64,000 bases of DNA from Thermodesulfobacteriota bacterium. Its GTDB lineage: Bacteria > Desulfobacterota_D > UBA1144 > Nemesobacterales > UBA2774. This document shows positions 57,918 to 64,000 of the stretch, piece after piece. The position numbers and the translations under genes were made by a program. The first letter of the stretch is position 1, and each line of letters starts with the position of its first letter. Under the pieces are notes generated by a model that saw nothing but the letters and a program-made list of their open reading frames with translations, had not been told where the DNA came from and ran no database searches. Where the stretch lies: contig OZ244991.1 in NCBI GenBank assembly GCA_965223335.1, positions 352,001-416,000 on the forward strand. The letters run 5' to 3'.

Positions 57918-58394
57918 TTATTTTTTTCGGGGAAATTGTTTAAACAGGTTAGCCATCTCAATCGCAGAAAATGCGGCTTCACTCCCGCGGTTCCCTGCCT
58001 TTGAGCCGGATCTCTCAATAGCTTGCTCCAGGGTCTCAGTGGTAATCACACCCGAGGTCACAGGAACATTATGCTCTTGTCCGATTGAGGCTAAATCTTT
58101 TGTTACTGTCGACGCTAGAAAGTCAAAGTGGGCAGTCTCGCCTCTAATAATTGCACCCACAGCAATAATTGCATTGTATTTGCCCGATTCCGCAGCCTTT
58201 TTTACAGCATAGAGCAACTCGTAAGACCCAGGGACTCTTATGAGATCAATATCTTTATCTGCACAGTTGTGCCTTACCAACACATCCTCAGCCCCCGAGA
58301 CTAAACGCTCGGTGATAAAATCATTAAATCTGCTTACGACTATTGCAAATTTAAGCCCTTTAGCATCCAATTTACCTTCGTAGATATTAGACAT
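57918..58394 (-). CDS. ribH: 6,7-dimethyl-8-ribityllumazine synthase
   Basis: VSRFN, VPGSYEL, IRGETAHF, QAIERSGSKAGNRG motifs. Confidence 0.97.
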   Translation of the reverse strand: MSNIYEGKLDAKGLKFAIVVSRFNDFITERLVSGAEDVLVRHNCADKDIDLIRVPGSYELLYAVKKAAESGKYNAIIAVGAIIRGETAHFDFLASTVTKDLASIGQEHNVPVTSGVITTETLEQAIERSGSKAGNRGSEAAFSAIEMANLFKQFPRKK

Positions 58395-58408
58395 AACGAG
58401 TCTCCTTG

Positions 58409-59617
58409 CTAGTCGACCATAGAGAGCAGGTGTCCGAGTTTGTCCTTCTTTACCTTTAAGTACTTCGAGTTTCTGCCATTTGGGGCAATCTCGATCGGCA
58501 CGCGTTCTACAATCTGTAGACCGAACCCCTCGAGACCCTTTACCTTCCTCGGATTATTGGTTAATAGTCTCATATTTTTGACCCCAAGATCAAGGAGCAT
58601 CTGCGCCCCTATGCCATAATCCCTAAGATCTGGTTTAAATCCAAGCACCTCGTTGGCCTCGACTGTGTCAAATCCGTTGTCCTGGAGGTCATACGCTTTT
58701 ATCTTATTTACAAGCCCTATCCCCCTTCCCTCCTGGCGCATGTACAATATTACCCCCTTTCCCTCTCTCTCTATAATGCGCATGGCCTGGCGTATCTGGG
58801 GCCCACAGTCACACCTAAGAGAGCCGAACACATCACTCGTTAGACATTCGGAATGCACCCTTACCAAGATCCCTTCATCACCCTGTATCTCGCCTTTAAC
58901 AAACGCTACATGGTGCTGGGGGTCGATATCACTCTCATAAACTATCGTATGGAACTCACCGAACTCAGTCGGTATAGTCGCCGATGCCGCCCTTTTTACA
59001 AGCCTTTCGGCGCGTAAACGATAGCTTATCAGATCCGCAATAGACGCAATTTTAATATCGTGCTTTTCGGCAAATTTTTCGAGGTCAGGCAGCCTCGCCA
59101 TGTCCCCATCGTCGTTCATTATCTCACAAATCACCGCTGCGGCTTTGAGGTCGGCCAACCTCGAGATATCCACCGAGCCCTCTGTGTGACCCGCCCTTAC
59201 CAACACCCCGCCGGTCCTGGCAATTAGCGGAAACACGTGGCCCGGGCGTATGAAATCCTCGGGTTTGGACTCCTCGGATATAGCCATACCTACCGTGGAT
59301 GCCCTGTCGTATGCGGAAATTCCTGTGGTGATACCGTGACTGGCATCGATCGATATTGTAAACGCTGTATGCTGGGGTACCGAGTTGTACTCGGGCTTAA
59401 TGGGCTGTAGCCCAATCTGATCGGCATTGCTCTTTGTCAAGGCCAGACATATCAAACCCCTGCCGTGAGTAGCCATAAAGTTAATTACCTCAGGTGTTGC
59501 AAACTCCGCAGCTACTACAAGGTCTCCCTCGTTTTCTCTATCCTTATCGTCAACGAGGATTACCATCTTGCCCTTAGCGATGTCTTTGATTGCTTCTTCG
59601 ATTGTACTGATAGGCAT
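58409..59617 (-). CDS. ribBA: Bifunctional DHBP synthase / GTP cyclohydrolase II
   Basis: DRENEGD, RPGHVFPL, RAGHTE, RVHSECLT...RCDCG and QEGRGIGL motifs. Start placed at ATG 59617; the ORF track extends to 59665. Confidence 0.96.
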   Translation of the reverse strand: MPISTIEEAIKDIAKGKMVILVDDKDRENEGDLVVAAEFATPEVINFMATHGRGLICLALTKSNADQIGLQPIKPEYNSVPQHTAFTISIDASHGITTGISAYDRASTVGMAISEESKPEDFIRPGHVFPLIARTGGVLVRAGHTEGSVDISRLADLKAAAVICEIMNDDGDMARLPDLEKFAEKHDIKIASIADLISYRLRAERLVKRAASATIPTEFGEFHTIVYESDIDPQHHVAFVKGEIQGDEGILVRVHSECLTSDVFGSLRCDCGPQIRQAMRIIEREGKGVILYMRQEGRGIGLVNKIKAYDLQDNGFDTVEANEVLGFKPDLRDYGIGAQMLLDLGVKNMRLLTNNPRKVKGLEGFGLQIVERVPIEIAPNGRNSKYLKVKKDKLGHLLSMVD

Positions 59618-59688
59618 AACTGCTCTTAAACGGTACTTTCGGGGCGTACGAATTGTGCAGACCACCCCATCTCTGATCTCCTAGCTCT

Positions 59689-59716
59689 TAATATAAGCAA
59701 CACCGGTGTTTTGTCA
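59689..59716 (-). promoter_or_regulatory. Putative promoter of the rib-nusB-trp operon with a palindrome in the spacer
   Basis: Minus strand TTGACA-N16-TATATT; perfect 12-bp palindrome AACACCGGTGTT at 59699-59710. Confidence 0.5.
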
Positions 59717-59793
59717 AATAATTGAGCTCTGTATAAGGTCGTAATGATCACAAGAGCTTATATATGATTATACTTTGCTAAAACACAATGTTA

Positions 59794-60789
59794 TTAATGC
59801 ACAACAAAGTCAGAGACCAGGGATTTAAGCGCATCATTATAATAGATTTCACCGCTGCTATAAACCAAAAGCACTCCTATATCCGTACGGTTCCGAAGAA
59901 ATGCGAGTGCGCTCTCTCTGCCCATGGCGAATATCGCCGTGGCATATGCGTCTGCAGAGGTATTATCACCTCGTATAATCACAGTCACACTGTTGAAATC
60001 AGACCCCGGCTTCCCGAGAGTAGGCACTAGAATATGGTGATAAACTTTACCGTCACGCTCAATATATCTTTCATAGTCACCGCTTGTGGATATGGCCAGG
60101 TTCTCCCCTCCTGTCATAAAACTCGCAATCGCACCGGGCTGCCTGGGGTGCTTAATATTAATTTTAATATCTTCACCAAATACCCTAATATCGCCAGATA
60201 AAGAGACCAATGCCCCTCTAACCCCTCTTTCCATTAATATAGAAGATGCCTTATCAACTGCAAACCCCTTGCCTATCCCACCCAGATCAAGCATCATGCC
60301 TTCCTTGCGGAGCCCGATCCTATTGCCCGATATTTCTATATGCCTATAATCAACCAGCGATTTCGCACGTGATATCTCTGCCTCTGTCGGCACCCCCTCG
60401 CCCTGCCTGCCGAATCTGTACACCCCTATCGTAAGTGCGCCGATTGTGGGATCAAATGCGCCCTGGGTTTCCCGGGCAATGGTGATCGAGCGCCCAAGGA
60501 TTTCTATAAACTCTGGGCTAGCTGTAACTGTGCCTTTGCCCGCCATCTCATTCACTAAGCTGAGTTCGCTATTGGGTATGTAGTCGGATAGTATGCTCTC
60601 TAACACCGCCATTTCATCAAAAGCAGTATCCATATCCTCTGATTTGCCTTCGTAAAGCACTATGCGTGCGGTTGTACCCATGATATAACGGTTGCGTTCT
60701 ATCGGGGGTGAAGAGGTTAGGGGCTCTTGAAAACAACCTATTACGAGGCTGCTAAACACCAAAGTAACTAGTATATGGATTCTCATCAT
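59794..60789 (-). CDS. apbE: FAD:protein FMN transferase (lipoprotein)
   Basis: Lipobox VIGC, MGT, GAFDPT, LDLGGIGKGFAVD, STSGDYER, YHHI and ADAYATA motifs. Confidence 0.95.
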   Translation of the reverse strand: MMRIHILVTLVFSSLVIGCFQEPLTSSPPIERNRYIMGTTARIVLYEGKSEDMDTAFDEMAVLESILSDYIPNSELSLVNEMAGKGTVTASPEFIEILGRSITIARETQGAFDPTIGALTIGVYRFGRQGEGVPTEAEISRAKSLVDYRHIEISGNRIGLRKEGMMLDLGGIGKGFAVDKASSILMERGVRGALVSLSGDIRVFGEDIKINIKHPRQPGAIASFMTGGENLAISTSGDYERYIERDGKVYHHILVPTLGKPGSDFNSVTVIIRGDNTSADAYATAIFAMGRESALAFLRNRTDIGVLLVYSSGEIYYNDALKSLVSDFVVH

Positions 60790-61053
60790 AAATATTATAT
60801 ACTTCAGTTCGCCACAATATTCGGAATAGATACTACATAATTTACCTATAGCGCTTAAGGTACTATCTCTGTTTATTTGTTTATATACACCAAAATGGGA
60901 TTAGGCAAAAAATCAATCATTATTTTTAGCTCTATATCAAAATATCCCAACCTTGACTTGAGACAAAGAAAGATTTAGTTTTTTTAATTATAGAGTTTGC
61001 CATATTCGGATAATAGTATCGATCTAGATATAGATTTGTAAGGAACCAATTAA

Positions 61054-62532
61054 ATGGTTATAGAGTGCGAAAAGTGTAAGAGAAAGTTTAAGATCGACGA
61101 CAGCCGAATAAAACCTCCCGGCAGCAAGGTAAGGTGCTCTAAGTGCGGTCATATATTCTATGTAGAAAAAAATGAAACTTTTGAAGCCCCCGAGTTAACT
61201 GAAGATGACAGATTTCTAGAAGACGAGCAACAGTCCCAACCTCCCTCCGAGGAACAAGCCTCTCTGCAAGATGAAAGCCTCACAGATGAGTCTGCTCTCA
61301 ACTTCACGACCAACGAAACAGATGACGATAATGAGCCTGGGGACAGTGTGTTTTCTGTCGAACATATAGATCATCACGACACCGAGGATACTGCCATAGA
61401 AGACAAGATAAGCGGAATGATCCCTGAGACAAAAGAGCCGCCTGAACCCAATAAAACCCCTACAGGAGGAGACAACTGGGAAGAATTCGTATCCATTACT
61501 AAGACCGAGGACAACACTGCCGAGGTGGAACACTCTATTGAAACAGACTCAGAGGACCTAAGCATCGATCAATCCGCATTAAATGATTTCGACTGGGAGA
61601 ACATAAACATAGGCGACGATAAAGCCTCACAAGTACCCCAAACCGAGAGCACCGATCTATTTGCAGACGAACAAGAAGTCCCCACCGAAAGCGACGTGGA
61701 TGTAAGCGATGTTACCGAAACTACGGAGCAAATCCCCGACGAAACCACTACGAGTCCGGTCCAGCCCCAAGAGTTCACCGCACCGCCTGCAACTGAGGAA
61801 TTTAACGAACCCGTATTGACACTGGATACCGAGGTAGATCGATCCACAGGCCCGGTGTCCTCCCCCATGCCCTCTTACGAACAACCCCCGGATTCTAAAC
61901 CACCCCCTTCTTACCGGCGACCCTCTAAAAGAAAAAATGTAAGGATACTGCGTAAAATAGCTTATACCATTGTTGCAATCTGCATCCTCACAGTGCTCAC
62001 AGTGGCAACGTTTATAATACTCACCAACCTGGGAATCATCCATAAACATAAAGCCCAGGAAATCTCAGCCACTATAAAAGCTATGCTGCCATTTACCTTC
62101 GAGGAACAAAGTAAGCGTCATGTAATTATCACACAGCACAGTGGGGGGTGGTTGGATACAAAAAACGGTCATATCTATGTGATCACCGGAGCAGTAAAGA
62201 ATCGCTCCAGCGCACCAGTAAATTACATTAAGATTAAAAGCGAGTTCGTTTCAGCGGGTGATATTCTCTTTGAGGACCATATTTATGCAGGAAACACATT
62301 CACAAAAAAAGAGCTTCAAAACTCGTCGTTTGAACAGTTGCTAAGGAAGTTAAAAAAGAAAAACGGTGATGTAAACTTCGACAACCTAAGCAAGCTCGCC
62401 GGACTAAACCTCGACATTCAGCCCTCGGAATCCATCCCGTTTTTTGCAATTTTCCCCTCAAAAAGCATTATTAGGGGCCTCAAGTACAACTTAAATGTAC
62501 TTGACTACGAGGGCGAGCCTCAAAATGAATAA
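61054..62532 (+). CDS. MJ0042-type zinc-ribbon protein with acidic linker, TM helix and DUF3426-like C-terminal domain
   Basis: CEKCKRKFKIDDSRIKPPGSKVRCSKCGHIF, long D/E/T-rich linker, single TM helix, ITGAVKN. Confidence 0.85.
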   Translation: MVIECEKCKRKFKIDDSRIKPPGSKVRCSKCGHIFYVEKNETFEAPELTEDDRFLEDEQQSQPPSEEQASLQDESLTDESALNFTTNETDDDNEPGDSVFSVEHIDHHDTEDTAIEDKISGMIPETKEPPEPNKTPTGGDNWEEFVSITKTEDNTAEVEHSIETDSEDLSIDQSALNDFDWENINIGDDKASQVPQTESTDLFADEQEVPTESDVDVSDVTETTEQIPDETTTSPVQPQEFTAPPATEEFNEPVLTLDTEVDRSTGPVSSPMPSYEQPPDSKPPPSYRRPSKRKNVRILRKIAYTIVAICILTVLTVATFIILTNLGIIHKHKAQEISATIKAMLPFTFEEQSKRHVIITQHSGGWLDTKNGHIYVITGAVKNRSSAPVNYIKIKSEFVSAGDILFEDHIYAGNTFTKKELQNSSFEQLLRKLKKKNGDVNFDNLSKLAGLNLDIQPSESIPFFAIFPSKSIIRGLKYNLNVLDYEGEPQNE

Positions 62533-62743
62533 TATCCTACCGCCTATTATAATACACATCTAAGATATTACTTTACTTCTTGCTATTTTTCTCATCTCAA
62601 GTAAAATGTTTTTTTATAATAATTTTAGAATGCAATGCAACCCTTCACCTTTTACCCACTGTATATTTAGGTTTTTTAAACGGTAGCTAAAGCGTTCTAT
62701 ATATTATTAAATTAGATTTTTTTACTATCAGGTGAGGTAATAT

Positions 62744-63175
62744 ATGAAAGCTACCCGTCTAAAAATCAGCGTGAGTCAGGACGGGCTACTCCCGCAAGAA
62801 ACTGCTGAAATTGCTACTCTAGAGTTCCCTAATCTGCCAAAAAAGTTGCTAAAAGCACTCGGCTTCGAGCGAGTGGATGCAAAAACATATGTCGGGGTAC
62901 TGCCAATATTTATCAACCTGGGTGATAAGGACCAAGAAATCGAAATAGAACTCGGTGTTACTCTACCGGAAATGCGGAAAAAGGTGATAGAGATTGTAAA
63001 AACTCCTACAAGGCTCATTGCCGCAGCCGAAGAGCCAAAACCTAAAAAACCGCGCACTAAAGCAACTGCCACTAAAACATCTAGTACAAAAACAACTGCT
63101 ACGAAAACAACTGCACGAAAAAAGACAGAGCAGTCTAAAAAAACCACGGCTCGCAAAACCACAAGGGCACGTTAA
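62744..63175 (+). CDS. Hypothetical protein with Lys/Thr/Ala-rich histone-H1-like tail
   Basis: GAGGT RBS; C-terminus KTTATKTTARKKTEQSKKTTARKTTRAR; stop codon abuts the guaB ATG. Confidence 0.75.
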   Translation: MKATRLKISVSQDGLLPQETAEIATLEFPNLPKKLLKALGFERVDAKTYVGVLPIFINLGDKDQEIEIELGVTLPEMRKKVIEIVKTPTRLIAAAEEPKPKKPRTKATATKTSSTKTTATKTTARKKTEQSKKTTARKTTRAR

Positions 63176-64000
63176 ATGCTTTCCGAAAAAGTCGCAGAAT
63201 GCCTAACCTTCGACGACGTTCTCCTAGTCCCGGCTTACTCCGAGATCTTACCCAACGAATGCGACACCTCGACGTTTCTTACAAACAACATAAAACTTAA
63301 TATCCCTTTGGTAAGCGCTGCTATGGACACGGTTACAGAATCCAAAACCGCAATCTCCATGGCGCAAGAGGGAGGGATCGGGATCATTCATAAAAATCTG
63401 GATGTTGCGAAACAGGCAGCAGAGGTAACGAAGGTAAAGAAATACGAGAGCGGTATGATTGTAAACCCTCTAACCGTGAGACCAACACACCGAGTACAGG
63501 AAGCGCTCGATATAATGCTCAAATACAATATTACCGGTCTGCCAGTAACCAAGGACGACGACACTCTACTGGGCATCATTACCTATAGGGATTTAAGGTT
63601 TGAAAAAAACCTCGACTTTAGGGTCGACAAGATTATGACCCCCAAAAAAAAGCTCATAACCACTCAAGAAGGTACCAACCTCGAGGAGGCCAAGGAGCTT
63701 TTGCATCAATACCGTATAGAGAAACTCCCGGTGGTAGATAAAAAGTTCAGGCTGCGTGGCCTAATAACAATGAAAGATATTGAGAAGATAGAGAAGTTCC
63801 CCAAGGCGTCTAAGGACAAGATGGGGAGGTTGCGTTGTGGTGCGGCTGTGGGTGTGGGTGATGACCGAGAAGAGCGCATCGAGGCACTCATGGGAGTCGG
63901 CTGTGACGTAATAGTAATAGACACCGCACATGGGCATTCCAAGCGGGTAATAGATTCCGTTAAAGCAACCAAATCTAATTTTAAAAAAATCGAGTTAATA
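63176..64000 (+). CDS. guaB: IMP dehydrogenase (5' partial, runs off the window)
   Basis: My own translation from ATG 63176: [26 protein letters not shown]...[13 protein letters not shown]...[12 protein letters not shown] pair, IDTAHGHS. Absent from the ORF track because there is no stop in the window. Confidence 0.96.
   Translation, partial: MLSEKVAECLTFDDVLLVPAYSEILPNECDTSTFLTNNIKLNIPLVSAAMDTVTESKTAISMAQEGGIGIIHKNLDVAKQAAEVTKVKKYESGMIVNPLTVRPTHRVQEALDIMLKYNITGLPVTKDDDTLLGIITYRDLRFEKNLDFRVDKIMTPKKKLITTQEGTNLEEAKELLHQYRIEKLPVVDKKFRLRGLITMKDIEKIEKFPKASKDKMGRLRCGAAVGVGDDREERIEALMGVGCDVIVIDTAHGHSKRVIDSVKATKSNFKKIELI

Noticed and set aside
59618..59790. FMN riboswitch upstream of ribBA
   Set aside because: The conserved FMN aptamer blocks are absent and the predicted leader is too short.
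63388..63972. Minus-strand ORFs at the window end
   Set aside because: Antisense to the clearly recognisable guaB reading frame.
1..64000. tRNA, rRNA, IS elements, prophage or integrase
   Set aside because: No cloverleaf or T-loop signatures in the intergenic gaps and no transposase, integrase or phage protein motifs in any ORF. This is visual inspection only.

Overview
A gene-dense bacterial chromosomal window from a diderm organism. The gene style suggests a Desulfobacterota-related lineage such as Ca. Dadabacteria, but this is inference only. Housekeeping genes include hisS, a ribBA-ribH-nusB-trpD-trpC operon, apbE, a TatA/B subunit, a DegP/Q protease, an Omp85 protein and the 5' part of guaB. 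The window also holds a complete caa3 oxidase plus Rieske/cytochrome b-c operon facing a type II NADH dehydrogenase, an RND efflux trio, a hybrid PAS kinase, and an ECF sigma/anti-sigma cluster followed by a GH15-like hydrolase, DUF547, a permuted flavoprotein-polyferredoxin membrane fusion and a GT2. The most striking locus is 7854-17463 on the minus strand. There a sigma70-like promoter, a clear c-di-GMP-I (GEMM) riboswitch and an overlapping terminator-like hairpin lie upstream of a 3092-aa protein made of an N-terminal TIR/nucleoside-deoxyribosyltransferase-like domain and dozens of ~47-aa TPR repeats. A zinc-ribbon gene and a secreted HEAT-repeat gene lie next to it. Two tandem DUF3943-like/beta-barrel fusion genes are also unusual. 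I recognised no tRNA, rRNA, CRISPR array, transposase or integrase. All calls come from visual motif recognition; no database searches were run.
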